A DNA stretch of 64,000 bases from an uncultured delta proteobacterium (GTDB taxonomy: Bacteria; Desulfobacterota; Binatia; UBA9968), in the NCBI GenBank assembly GCA_963804165.1, contig CAWDPO010000025.1, forward strand, positions 96,001 to 160,000, given 5' to 3'. Position numbers and translations under genes: made by a program. Below the pieces are notes generated by a model. The model was not told where the DNA came from. It worked only from the letters and a program-made list of their open reading frames with translations, and searched no databases. Positions 20,836 through 30,128 of the stretch are shown here, one piece after another; position 1 is the first letter of the stretch; every line of letters begins with the position of its first letter.

Positions 20836-21764
20836 CGTTTGTCGCTAAAGAGATCGGTGCTCAAATAATGCTCACCCTTGTCAGCAAAAATCGTGACGAC
20901 GACATGGCCTTTGCCTAAACTCTTTGCCACCTTCAGAGCCGCGCAGCAAGCGGCGCCGGAAGAGATGCCGACCAGCAACCCTTCCTCAGCCGCCAAGCGT
21001 CGCGCATGTTTCGTCGCTTCTTCGTCGCTAACGGTTAAGATCTCGTCGAGAATTTGGCGATTCAAAACCGCTGGTATAAAACCGGCGCCAATTCCTTGTA
21101 TCTTGTGAAACCCCGGCTCTCCTCCGGAGATCACCGGCGATGCGCTCGGCTCCACGGCGCAAATTCGCACGCCACTCATTTTCGCTTTCAGGACTTCCCC
21201 GACTCCGGTGATCGTGCCGCCAGTTCCCACGCCCGAGACAAAGGCATCGATACGTTTGAACTGCTTCAATAGCTCAACGGCAGTGGTTTTGCGGTGCGTT
21301 TCCGGGTTCGCCGGATTGTTGAACTGCTGCGGCATGAAGTAGTCGCTATCTTGTTGGAGCAGCTCTTCGGCTTTGTGGATTGCGCCACCCATTCCTTTCG
21401 TGTCGGGGGTTAAGATCAGTCGCGCGCCATAAGCGCAGAGCAGGCTGCGGCGCTCTTCGCTCATGGTGTCGGGCATCGTCAAAACCAGCCGATAACCTTT
21501 AACCGCTGCGATCAGCGCCAAGCCGATTCCGGTATTTCCACTGGTGGGCTCGACGATGGTCGCTCCCGGCTTGAGTTTTCCTTGGCGCTCCGCCGTTTCA
21601 ATCATATTCAGGCAGATGCGATCTTTGACCGAACCGCCCGGGTTGAACGACTCCATTTTGGCCCACACTTCCGCGTCGTTCTTTCCGGGAAGTGATCTCA
21701 GTTTAACCACGGGGGTGGAGCCGATTAGGTCCAGAACGGATCGGGCGCCATTCAAGTTTGCCAC
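20811..21764 (-). CDS. cysK: Cysteine synthase A
   Basis: [16 protein letters not shown] (PLP Lys), [36 protein letters not shown]; GTG start at 21764 inferred. Confidence 0.95.
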   Translation of the reverse strand: MANLNGARSVLDLIGSTPVVKLRSLPGKNDAEVWAKMESFNPGGSVKDRICLNMIETAERQGKLKPGATIVEPTSGNTGIGLALIAAVKGYRLVLTMPDTMSEERRSLLCAYGARLILTPDTKGMGGAIHKAEELLQQDSDYFMPQQFNNPANPETHRKTTAVELLKQFKRIDAFVSGVGTGGTITGVGEVLKAKMSGVRICAVEPSASPVISGGEPGFHKIQGIGAGFIPAVLNRQILDEILTVSDEEATKHARRLAAEEGLLVGISSGAACCAALKVAKSLGKGHVVVTIFADKGEHYLSTDLFSDKRWTQNSNA

Positions 21765-21846
21765 AGTCCTGCTCGTCTTTCGTGTGAGGGGTGTGAAATT
21801 AGAATTTCCGTCGCCCAAATGCTATATTTTCAACTCGTTAAAGTCA

Positions 21847-22878
21847 ATGAAATCGTTTCCACAGGAGGCCGCGAAGTCAGCTCAGCCGCGGATATGTGTG
21901 CTGTTTCCGGGGGCGCTCGGTGATTTCGTTTGTTTGCTGCCCGCGCTTCAATCGCTCACCCGTGAAGCGGAAGTGGATCTATTCGCGCGCGCTGACTTTG
22001 CCGACCTTGTCCCCGCGCGAGTTGCGGTTCGGTCGCTCGAGCGCCCCGAAATACGTATGCTTTTTGTCGATGAAGCCATAGAGGAAGAAGCGCTGCATGA
22101 TTTCTTCACCGGTTACACAGAGATCTATTCCTGGCTCGGAAGCCGGCAACAACAGTTCGTTCGACGGCTGCAATCGGTGTCACGCGGCAAAGCAAAAGTA
22201 TTTCCTTTTCGACCGATAACCGGGAGGATTCACCAGACCGATTACTATTTGCGCTGTCTGAATGACGACACCCCCGAGGGGTGCGACCCGGTGATTGCCC
22301 TCTGCAAAGAAGGAGTTCGCTGGTGTGACGCTTTCTATACGACGCACGCGCTTCGTCAACGTCCGGTCTTGGCGCTTGCGCCGGGCAGTGGCGCGCGAGA
22401 AAAAAATTGGCCGGAAGAGTTTTTCATTACCATAGCCGAATGGTGGCGCAATACCGTCCAAGGAAATGTTGTCTTGCTCCTCGGACCGGTGGAGGAAGAG
22501 CGGGACGGTTACGAACGATTGCGAAGCCGGTGTGTGACAGCGAGCGGTTTTCAGTTATTCCAGGTTGCGGCCCTACTGCACCGCAGCCACGTTTATCTGG
22601 GGAACGATAGCGGCGTATCTCACCTTGCCGCAGCCGTGGGCGTTCGCACGGTCGCGCTGTTCGGTCCTTCGGATGTCCGGCAATGGGCACCGCGCGGGAA
22701 AAGGGTAACGATACTCGACCGAAACATCGAGTGTTCTCCCTGCGAGGTCGTGACCATGAAGGCTTGTTCCCATCGAGCTTGTTTAACGACATTGTTCCCC
22801 GCAGAAGTCATCGACGTTCTGACGCAATTGCCGGAGGTCGTTACCTTGACAAGGACGGGGGCAGGGATTACAGTTTGA
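21847..22878 (+). CDS. Glycosyltransferase family 9 (LPS heptosyltransferase-like)
   Basis: PGALGD, APGSG..KNWP, GNDSGVSHLAAA, ALFGPSD, CSPC. Confidence 0.9.
   Translation: MKSFPQEAAKSAQPRICVLFPGALGDFVCLLPALQSLTREAEVDLFARADFADLVPARVAVRSLERPEIRMLFVDEAIEEEALHDFFTGYTEIYSWLGSRQQQFVRRLQSVSRGKAKVFPFRPITGRIHQTDYYLRCLNDDTPEGCDPVIALCKEGVRWCDAFYTTHALRQRPVLALAPGSGAREKNWPEEFFITIAEWWRNTVQGNVVLLLGPVEEERDGYERLRSRCVTASGFQLFQVAALLHRSHVYLGNDSGVSHLAAAVGVRTVALFGPSDVRQWAPRGKRVTILDRNIECSPCEVVTMKACSHRACLTTLFPAEVIDVLTQLPEVVTLTRTGAGITV
22846..22874 (+). promoter_or_regulatory. Sigma70 promoter inside the GT9 3' end
   Basis: TTGACA (22846-22851), 17-bp spacer, TACAGT (22869-22874). Confidence 0.65.
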
Positions 22879-22879
22879 C

Positions 22880-23034
22880 TCAAGAGTATTTCCAAATATC
22901 GCGCGACAACACCGATTCAAGACTGAGGCGTGCCCAGATTGTGCCCAAGGTTGGCGCACATTAAGATCCATTCCACGCAGAACGACGCCTGGGAGTTCAG
23001 CGGCAAGCGGGCCGCGCGGTCCCAGGCTTTTTTT
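22880..23034 (+). ncRNA. Candidate structured sRNA or attenuating leader (about 155 nt)
   Basis: Bounded by the promoter above and a GCCTGGGA...TCCCAGGC stem plus T7; internal hairpin TGTGC-CCAA/TTGG-C-GCACA. Confidence 0.4.
22987..23034 (+). terminator. Intrinsic terminator upstream of DUF1844
   Basis: GCCTGGGA (22987-22994) pairs with TCCCAGGC (23020-23027), with an inner GCGGC/GCCGC stem, followed by TTTTTTT. Confidence 0.7.
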
Positions 23035-23056
23035 CGCGTGAATTCAGGAGTGAATC

Positions 23057-23488
23057 ATGGCTAGCGACGAAGAGAAACAAGAAAGCAAGGGATTTACCGT
23101 TCAAGATAAGCGGCGGTTCTCGCCCGATACCGGGGAGGCACGAAAAGACGCTCCCGAGGAGAGCAGCACAACGGCCAAGGCTGCCGAGCCGCACGATCAG
23201 GCTACCGAAAATCTGCGGGACACCGAGAATGAGCCGTTACCCGAAATAAATTTTTCCACCTTCGTCATCGGCTTGAGCACGCAGGCGCTGATGCATTTGG
23301 GAGAAATCGACAATCCGATCAGCGGAAAAGTTGAAACTGATGTGTCGGTGGCGAAGCAAATGATCGATATCCTGGGTATGCTCAGGGACAAAACACGAGG
23401 TAATCTCAACGCCAGCGAAGATCGCTTGATGGAGGACATTCTCTTCGATCTTCGCATGAAATACGTCGAAGCGGTCAAGAGGCGATAG
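23057..23488 (+). CDS. DUF1844 domain protein
   Basis: GFTVQDKRRF, LPEINFSTFV, QALMHLG, AKQMIDIL, KTRGNL, LRMKYV. Confidence 0.85.
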   Translation: MASDEEKQESKGFTVQDKRRFSPDTGEARKDAPEESSTTAKAAEPHDQATENLRDTENEPLPEINFSTFVIGLSTQALMHLGEIDNPISGKVETDVSVAKQMIDILGMLRDKTRGNLNASEDRLMEDILFDLRMKYVEAVKRR

Positions 23489-23497
23489 GAGTTTTCG

Positions 23498-24994
23498 ATG
23501 AAGTTGACAAACATTTGGGGTGGTGGTGTGAGCTTCAAGGGGGGCGTCTTGATCGCTTTGGTGTCCCTCGCGGTTGGGCTTGGTATCAGCGGCAGCTTGG
23601 ATTGGTTGGTACCTAGCCGGGCGGTGAATTTTATGGGCGATGCTGGCACTCCCGAAATGAGGTCGTCCGGCGGTTTGCCTGATTTCGTAAATCTCGCGAA
23701 AAAGATGAAGCCGCTCGTCGTCAACATTTCGACGACACAAATGAGCGAAGCGCGCGGCCCACAACAAGAGTTTGGCGGCCCGTTTGGCGAGGAGGATCCG
23801 TTTAATGATTTCTGGCGGCGCTTTTTTGGCGGGCCGCAGCCGCGCGGTCCGCAGCGCCAGCGCAGCCTGGGTTCCGGTTTTATTATCGACAGCGACGGAT
23901 CTATTTTAACCAATAACCACGTCGTCGAGAATGCCAGCAAGATTGTCGTCAAGTTGTCCGACGACCAAGAATACGAAGCCAAGGTTGTCGGTCGGGATCA
24001 AAAAACCGACATCGCCGTGATCAAGATCAACGCCAGGGGGAATCTTCAGGCTGCGAATTTCGGCGACTCGGACAAACTCGAAGTCGGTGAATGGGTCGTC
24101 GCCATCGGCAACCCATTCGGCCTCGACAGTACGGTGACATCTGGAATCGTCAGCGCGAAAGGCCGGCACATCGGTCAAGGACCGTACGACAACTTCATTC
24201 AAACGGATGCGTCGATCAATCCGGGCAACTCTGGCGGACCTTTGCTCAATTTACGCGGCGAAGTGATCGGTATGAACACGGCCATCTTCAGCCGCACAGG
24301 CGGTAATATTGGCATCGGTTTCGCGATTCCTATCAATCTCGTCAAGGAAGTCCTGCCGCAATTGCGCGGTAAAGGTAAAGTCACGCGCGGCTATCTGGGC
24401 GTGTTGATCCAGAAGGTCACTCCGGAAATCGCCGAGAGCCTGGGCATGGAAAAAGGCTACGGCGCGCTGGTCGCCAACGTGTCCAAGGACGGCCCCGCGG
24501 ACAAAGCGGGAGTGAAGGTCGGCGACGTCATCATCGAATTCGACGGCAAGGAAGTCAAAGACTCCGGCGACCTGCCGATTATCGTCGCGCGCACGTCGGT
24601 GGATAAGAAGGTCAGGATGAAAGTACTGCGCGACAAGAAAGAAATCGCACTTAGCGTCGCGGTCGGGGAGCTCAAAGACGAAGAAGTCGTGGCCAGCGCA
24701 CCGGAGAAAGGCGAATTGGGGCTCACGGTTCAGAGGCTGACGCCGCAAATCGCGGAAAGCTTGGGATTGGAAAAAGCCGAGGGGGTGGTTGTTGCCGCAG
24801 TCGAACCGAGCAGCGCCGGCGACGAAGCGGGGATTCGTCGCGGCGATATCATTCTGGAAGTCGACCGTAAAGCGGTTCGAAACGTGGACGAGTATAAGAA
24901 AGCAGTCGCCGGAGTGCGCAAAGGACGCGGAGTTCTATTTTTGGTGCGGCGCGGCGATAGTACGCTTTTCCTAGCGCTCAAACCGCAGCGCTAA
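23498..24994 (+). CDS. htrA: DegP/DegQ (HtrA) serine protease with two PDZ domains
   Basis: SLGSGFII, TNNHVV, TDIAVIK, IGNPFG, QTDASINPGNSGGPL, two PDZ repeats. Confidence 0.95.
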   Translation: MKLTNIWGGGVSFKGGVLIALVSLAVGLGISGSLDWLVPSRAVNFMGDAGTPEMRSSGGLPDFVNLAKKMKPLVVNISTTQMSEARGPQQEFGGPFGEEDPFNDFWRRFFGGPQPRGPQRQRSLGSGFIIDSDGSILTNNHVVENASKIVVKLSDDQEYEAKVVGRDQKTDIAVIKINARGNLQAANFGDSDKLEVGEWVVAIGNPFGLDSTVTSGIVSAKGRHIGQGPYDNFIQTDASINPGNSGGPLLNLRGEVIGMNTAIFSRTGGNIGIGFAIPINLVKEVLPQLRGKGKVTRGYLGVLIQKVTPEIAESLGMEKGYGALVANVSKDGPADKAGVKVGDVIIEFDGKEVKDSGDLPIIVARTSVDKKVRMKVLRDKKEIALSVAVGELKDEEVVASAPEKGELGLTVQRLTPQIAESLGLEKAEGVVVAAVEPSSAGDEAGIRRGDIILEVDRKAVRNVDEYKKAVAGVRKGRGVLFLVRRGDSTLFLALKPQR

Positions 24995-25023
24995 GCGTCA
25001 TTAAGATTGCCAATCGCTTGACT

Positions 25024-25066
25024 CAAAACGAGGTTCGGAGGTTGCCGGGCCTCGTTTTGTTGCTTT
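25024..25066 (+). terminator. Hairpin terminator after htrA
   Basis: CAAAACGAGGTTCGG-N6-CCGGGCCTCGTTTTG followed by a T-rich tail. Confidence 0.6.
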
Positions 25067-25113
25067 TGGGCCGCTTCTGCGCGAAAATCAATTTTACCTT
25101 TGGGGCGTTGGGT

Positions 25114-27396
25114 TTGATTAAGTCCAAACTGCGAATTTTTAGCCTATCACTCGTTGCACTCCTGGTCATTACCTCCAGCGGCCTCGTTTTCGGGGCCTGG
25201 TACCTAAAACGCCTGGAAGATACTGTCACGGAAAAATTTGAAGGGCGGAAATGGGTTTTCCCGTCGAAAATCTATTCGGACAGCTTTCTTCTTTACGTCG
25301 GCATTAGTATCCGTCTCGACGATCTGGCCGAAAAACTGCGTCGGCTTGGCTATTTCGAAAGCCTGGCGGAACCTAGGATAAAGGGAGAGTACCGCATCGC
25401 CAAATCGGACAACCTCATCGAAATCTATCTGCACGACTTCGATTTTCCGACCGAACGATTTAGCGGCGTTCCCGTCCGCGTTTCGTTCCAGGGTACCGTG
25501 GTTACACGGATCGAGAATATGGCGACCGGGAAAGAGATGTTTTCTCTGGAACTCGACCCCGAGCTTATGACGGGTCTTTATGAGAGGATTTGGCAGGAGC
25601 GAAAGGTCGTCAAATTGACCGACGTGCCTCCGCTTGTCGTCAGGTCGATTTTAGCGGTCGAAGACGAGCGCTTCTATAGCCATCACGGCATCGATCCAAT
25701 CGGTATCCTGCGGGCCATGTGGGTCAATCTGCGCAGCATGAGTTTTCAGCAGGGTGGCAGCACGCTCACGCAACAGTTGATGAAAAACTTTTTTCTCACC
25801 GACGAGCGAACGATTAGCCGCAAAATTCCGGAAGCCGTCATGGCCCTGATTGCGGAGCGCAAATACCCGAAGGAGACGATTCTCGAAAATTACCTCAATG
25901 AAATCTATTTAGGCCAACGCGGTTCGCAGGGAATTTTCGGCGTGTGGGAGGCGTCGCAGTTCTACTTTTCGAAGCCCCTTGCCGATTTAACGGTAGGAGA
26001 AACGGCGCTCTTGGCGGGACTGATCCGCGCGCCCAATCGAGTGTCGCCCTACCGCAGCGCCGAAGCAGCGACCCGTCGGCGCAACGTGGTGTTGGCCAAG
26101 CTACTCGATGACCGGATCATTACTCGCCGGCAATACGACGCGGCGCTGCGCGAAAAACTGCCGCAGCGAGCATTGGTGAAAGTTACCAATGACGCACCGT
26201 TCTACGTCGATTATCTGCGGCGCGAGCTCGAGGAAAATTATTCGAACGCGGAGCTTACCAAGGAAGGCTTGCGGATCTTTAGCGGTCTCGACTTGAACAT
26301 GCAAAGAATGGCGGAACGGGCGCTGGTCGAAGGTCTTAAGAAGCTCGAAGCGACCCACCCGGCCCTGCGGCGAAAGAGTGACGATAGCCTGGAAGGGGCG
26401 ATTGTCGTCTTGCGGCCTGGTACCGGCGAGATCAAGGCGATGGTGGGTGGCCGCAACTACTCGAAGTCGCAATTCAACCGGGTGTTTCAAGCCAAGCGCC
26501 AGCCCGGATCGGTTTTCAAACCCTTCGTGTACTTGGCCGCGCTGATGTACGGAGGCCAAAGCGGCGTCAGATACACACCCGAAACGATCATCAACGACAG
26601 TCAGTTCACGTGGAGCTACGATGGCAAGGATTGGCAGCCGAGCAATTACAATAACGAATATTTCGGCGCAGTGACACTGCGCCGCGCGTTGGAAAACTCG
26701 CTCAACTCGGCGACGGGGCGAGTGGCGCAGGATGTCGGCATTCGGCGGGTGCGCGAACTCGCGCACCGTATGGGCATCCAAAGCCCGCTTCCGGCTGTGC
26801 CTTCACTTGCTTTGGGCGCGGCCGAAGTCACGCCATTGGAAGTCGCGGTAGCTTTTTCGACCTTGGCGAACGGCGGCGTACGCCCGCGCCCGCTCGCCGT
26901 GAGGAACGTCGTGGATCAGAATTCGCACCTTTTGGAAAAGCGCGACGTTCGAAGCCAACAAGTCATTAGTCCGCAGATGGCCTACATGATGAACGAACTC
27001 CTCAAGGGTGTGTTGGACCGAGGCACCGCAGCGATGGCGCGACGATGGGGATTTACCCGCCCGGCAGCCGGGAAAACTGGCACTACAAACGATTACAAAG
27101 ACGCCTGGTTCGTGGGCTACACGCCGGATTTGCTCGCCGTGGTGTGGGTGGGATTCGACGGTCCGAGTAAACTGGGTCTATCAGGCGCGGAGGCAGCCCT
27201 GCCGATTTGGACTGAGTTTATGAAGAACGCGACCGTCAATATGCCGGTGACCGACTTTGTCGCGCCCGCGCCAATGCCGGACACCGATGATGGCGTTCCG
27301 GGCAAGTGCGGACCGACGTCGCCGGACGGCGGAGCGGGAATTAATCCCTGCCCACCGGCGGCGGTGCCAACTCGCGCGACTACTGATGCGCTTTAA
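25114..27396 (+). CDS. mrcB: Penicillin-binding protein 1B (TM, UB2H, GT51, transpeptidase)
   Basis: UB2H-like segment (PSKIYS...LRRLGY...GEY), EDERFYSHHG, GGSTLTQQL, SVFK, SLN, KTG; TTG start at 25114 chosen because it follows the terminator. Confidence 0.92.
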   Translation: MIKSKLRIFSLSLVALLVITSSGLVFGAWYLKRLEDTVTEKFEGRKWVFPSKIYSDSFLLYVGISIRLDDLAEKLRRLGYFESLAEPRIKGEYRIAKSDNLIEIYLHDFDFPTERFSGVPVRVSFQGTVVTRIENMATGKEMFSLELDPELMTGLYERIWQERKVVKLTDVPPLVVRSILAVEDERFYSHHGIDPIGILRAMWVNLRSMSFQQGGSTLTQQLMKNFFLTDERTISRKIPEAVMALIAERKYPKETILENYLNEIYLGQRGSQGIFGVWEASQFYFSKPLADLTVGETALLAGLIRAPNRVSPYRSAEAATRRRNVVLAKLLDDRIITRRQYDAALREKLPQRALVKVTNDAPFYVDYLRRELEENYSNAELTKEGLRIFSGLDLNMQRMAERALVEGLKKLEATHPALRRKSDDSLEGAIVVLRPGTGEIKAMVGGRNYSKSQFNRVFQAKRQPGSVFKPFVYLAALMYGGQSGVRYTPETIINDSQFTWSYDGKDWQPSNYNNEYFGAVTLRRALENSLNSATGRVAQDVGIRRVRELAHRMGIQSPLPAVPSLALGAAEVTPLEVAVAFSTLANGGVRPRPLAVRNVVDQNSHLLEKRDVRSQQVISPQMAYMMNELLKGVLDRGTAAMARRWGFTRPAAGKTGTTNDYKDAWFVGYTPDLLAVVWVGFDGPSKLGLSGAEAALPIWTEFMKNATVNMPVTDFVAPAPMPDTDDGVPGKCGPTSPDGGAGINPCPPAAVPTRATTDAL

Positions 27397-28210
27397 GATT
27401 GTCGCCCTCGCCCCGGCTCCTGCGCGGCGTCTGAACTACGTCCTGGCGGCAACCATTGCGTTGTCGGTGGCGCTGGGCGCGTGCGAACCACGGCGAGTCT
27501 ATCGGATGCCTGTTCCGCCGGGCGGTAATACAACGCTGGGGCCTCGCATTCCGCCGGCGCCGGCGCCGACTCCTCCGACCCCGCCAGCGGAGGTCGCACG
27601 GAAGCCGCTGGCGCAAGAGACAAAGATTCGCGAGCAGGATTTAAAGCAAGGGCCGGTGTCACCGAATTCGCCTGGGCGGGAGACGAAAGATCCCACCCGG
27701 CAAGCCAGTATCAATGAAAGCCGCACCACCCCGGATTCAACCGTGGCGCCCGTGCCAGCACCACCGCCGCTTCCGGACGATAGCTCGCTGCTCGCCAAGA
27801 TCACGCCTGGAGTCTCGCCGCAGCGCGCCGCATCACTGCGCCTGACCGACGAGGGTAGCAAACTTCTCGATGCCGGAGAGCCCGCCAAAGCGCTCACGCG
27901 GTTGGAAAAAACTATCGTTATCGATTCCTCGAATCCCTATGGGCACTTTTACTTGGCGAAGGCCCAGTATCGTTTGGGGCGCTACCAACAGTCGCTCAAT
28001 TTCCTCGACGTCGCCGAGTCGCGTCTCAGCGGTGAGCCCTTTTGGTTAGCTGAGGTCCATGCGCTACGCGGGGAGAACTATCGGGCGCTGGGACAAGGGC
28101 AGAAGGCGGAATCGAGTTATTTGCAAGCCCTTCGTCTAAACTCCGGTAACCGCACGGCCGTCGACGCTCTCCCCCGTTTGCAAGCCGAAACCCAACCGGT
28201 CAACAAGTAA
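27386..28210 (+). CDS. LpoP-like TPR lipoprotein (putative PBP1B activator)
   Basis: Lipobox LGAC, about 100-aa Pro-rich linker, C-terminal TPRs; overlaps the mrcB stop codon. Confidence 0.7.
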   Translation: MRFKIVALAPAPARRLNYVLAATIALSVALGACEPRRVYRMPVPPGGNTTLGPRIPPAPAPTPPTPPAEVARKPLAQETKIREQDLKQGPVSPNSPGRETKDPTRQASINESRTTPDSTVAPVPAPPPLPDDSSLLAKITPGVSPQRAASLRLTDEGSKLLDAGEPAKALTRLEKTIVIDSSNPYGHFYLAKAQYRLGRYQQSLNFLDVAESRLSGEPFWLAEVHALRGENYRALGQGQKAESSYLQALRLNSGNRTAVDALPRLQAETQPVNK

Positions 28211-28221
28211 TCACCTTTGTC

Positions 28222-29220
28222 ATGTTAGTTCTCGGCGTTGAAACCTCCTGCGATGACACCGCCGCCGCAGTTCTGCAAGACGGACGGACGATACTCGCGA
28301 ACGTTGTATCGTCGCAGGACCAAGTGCACGGGCCCTACGGCGGCGTGGTGCCGGAGCTCGCCTCGCGGCAGCATATCAAAAATGTTCTGCCGATTGTCGA
28401 CGGCGCTTTACGGAAAGCCGGCGTAAGGTTGCGGGATTTGGATGGCATGGCCGTCACCTACGGACCCGGGCTGGTCGGCTCCTTGCTCGTCGGGTTATCG
28501 CTGGTCAAGGGAATGTCGTTTCGCTCGGGGATTCCTTACGTCGGCGTCAATCATCTCGAAGCGCATCTTCTGGCGATCCATCTTGAGCACGAGGTGCCGT
28601 TCCCGTATATCGCGCTGCTCGCATCAGGCGGCCACACGCTGCTCTATTACGTCAAAGAAGTCGGCGACTACGTCCATCTCGGCGGCACCCGCGACGATGC
28701 CGCCGGCGAAGCCTTCGACAAAGTTGCCAAGATGATGGCGCTTGGATATCCCGGCGGACGGATCATCGACAACCTCGCGAAAACCGGCGATCCCAAAACT
28801 ATTCGTTTCCCGCGCGCCCGGTTGAAAAAATGCGCGTACGAGTTTAGTTTCAGCGGGATCAAGACCGCCGTGTGGCACTACCTCAAAGCTCAAGCCGCAG
28901 AGGAGGGAAAAACGCCTCAGGCCGATATCGCCGCGAGCTTTCAGGAGGCGGTTGTGGATATGTTGGTGAATCCGACGGTCAAGGCGGCGGTGGCTAGCGA
29001 CGTCAAGCGAATCGTTCTTTCCGGCGGCGTGGCGGCGAACAGCCGGCTGCGCGCGAGAATGACCGAAATGGCGGATAAGGAAGGGATGCAGGTCTACTTT
29101 CCGGCGCCCAAGTTTTGCACGGACAACGGGGCGATGATCGCTCTGGCTGGCTATCATTGGCTCAAGCGCGGCCGTCGCGATGACTATCGCCTCAATGCCG
29201 ACGCTGATCTGACGCTCTAA
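28222..29220 (+). CDS. tsaD: tRNA t6A threonylcarbamoyltransferase TsaD
   Basis: GVETSCDDT, GGVVPELASRQH, GPGL, NHLEAH, SGGHT, DDAAGEAFDK, GGVAAN, TDNGAMI. Confidence 0.97.
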   Translation: MLVLGVETSCDDTAAAVLQDGRTILANVVSSQDQVHGPYGGVVPELASRQHIKNVLPIVDGALRKAGVRLRDLDGMAVTYGPGLVGSLLVGLSLVKGMSFRSGIPYVGVNHLEAHLLAIHLEHEVPFPYIALLASGGHTLLYYVKEVGDYVHLGGTRDDAAGEAFDKVAKMMALGYPGGRIIDNLAKTGDPKTIRFPRARLKKCAYEFSFSGIKTAVWHYLKAQAAEEGKTPQADIAASFQEAVVDMLVNPTVKAAVASDVKRIVLSGGVAANSRLRARMTEMADKEGMQVYFPAPKFCTDNGAMIALAGYHWLKRGRRDDYRLNADADLTL

Positions 29221-29224
29221 AAAC

Positions 29225-29254
29225 CGTTCAAATGTTCAAGGTTCAACAGTTCAA
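29225..29254 (+). repeat. Intergenic (GTTCAA)n short-period repeat, four units
   Basis: cGTTCAAat-GTTCAAg-GTTCAAca-GTTCAA. Confidence 0.75.
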
Positions 29255-29263
29255 GGGATCGTT

Positions 29264-30124
29264 GTGACCCTTTACGAGGAAGTTCGCGCGGCGCTGCGCG
29301 AATCGAATTTCCGGCCGAGGAAAAGCCGCGGCCAAAATTTCTTGATTCACGAGCGCGTGATCGATTCGATTATTCGCTTGCTCGATCTCTCGCCGGCCGA
29401 CGACGTCGTCGAGATCGGCCCGGGGCTCGGTTTCCTCACTCGCCGCTTGCTCGAGCGCGCGGGCCGCGTATGGGCGGTGGAAGTCGATTCGGCTCTCGTC
29501 GAGCGTTTACGCGCGAGCCCGTTCGCCGCTGATCCGAAGCTGAGGTTGATCCATGGCGATATCCTGGAAGTGCCGTTGGCGGATATTCTGCCGGATGAAA
29601 AACTCAAACTTGTCGGCAATCTGCCGTACAGCATCTCGACGCAGGTGCTGTTTCGTATTTTTGCTTTACGCGAGCACTTTTCCTCGCTGGTTTTGATGGT
29701 GCAAAAAGAAGTCGCCGATCGGATCGCCGCGCAACCGGGGACAAAGGCTTACGGGACGCTCTCGGTATGGTGTCAGATTCATGGCCGGATTATCGATCGA
29801 GTAGCGGTGTCGCCGGAGGCTTTTTTTCCGCGCCCCAAGGTGCGCTCGACGGTGCTGAAGATCGAACTCTATGCCGAGCCGCTGGTCACCGTTTCGGAAA
29901 CGCGTATTCTGCGCGGACTGGTGCGCGCGGCGTTCGGCCAACGGCGTAAGACTCTCGGCAACGCGCTCACCACCTGGTTGAAGATTGACGGAAGCGAAAT
30001 CGAAACTCTGCTTCGCTCGCAGGGCGTCGATCCCCGACGGCGCGGCGAGACGCTTAACATCGACGAATTCATCAAGCTCGCCCGCGCCGCGCAGAGCCCA
30101 TCTGCTCTCGCTGCGGATCATTAG
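29264..30124 (+). CDS. rsmA: 16S rRNA m6,2A dimethyltransferase
   Basis: GQNFL, VEIGPGLG, GNLPYSIS, MVQKEVADR, YGTLSV, FGQRRKTL, RGETL. Confidence 0.96.
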   Translation: MTLYEEVRAALRESNFRPRKSRGQNFLIHERVIDSIIRLLDLSPADDVVEIGPGLGFLTRRLLERAGRVWAVEVDSALVERLRASPFAADPKLRLIHGDILEVPLADILPDEKLKLVGNLPYSISTQVLFRIFALREHFSSLVLMVQKEVADRIAAQPGTKAYGTLSVWCQIHGRIIDRVAVSPEAFFPRPKVRSTVLKIELYAEPLVTVSETRILRGLVRAAFGQRRKTLGNALTTWLKIDGSEIETLLRSQGVDPRRRGETLNIDEFIKLARAAQSPSALAADH

Positions 30125-30128
30125 CCCC

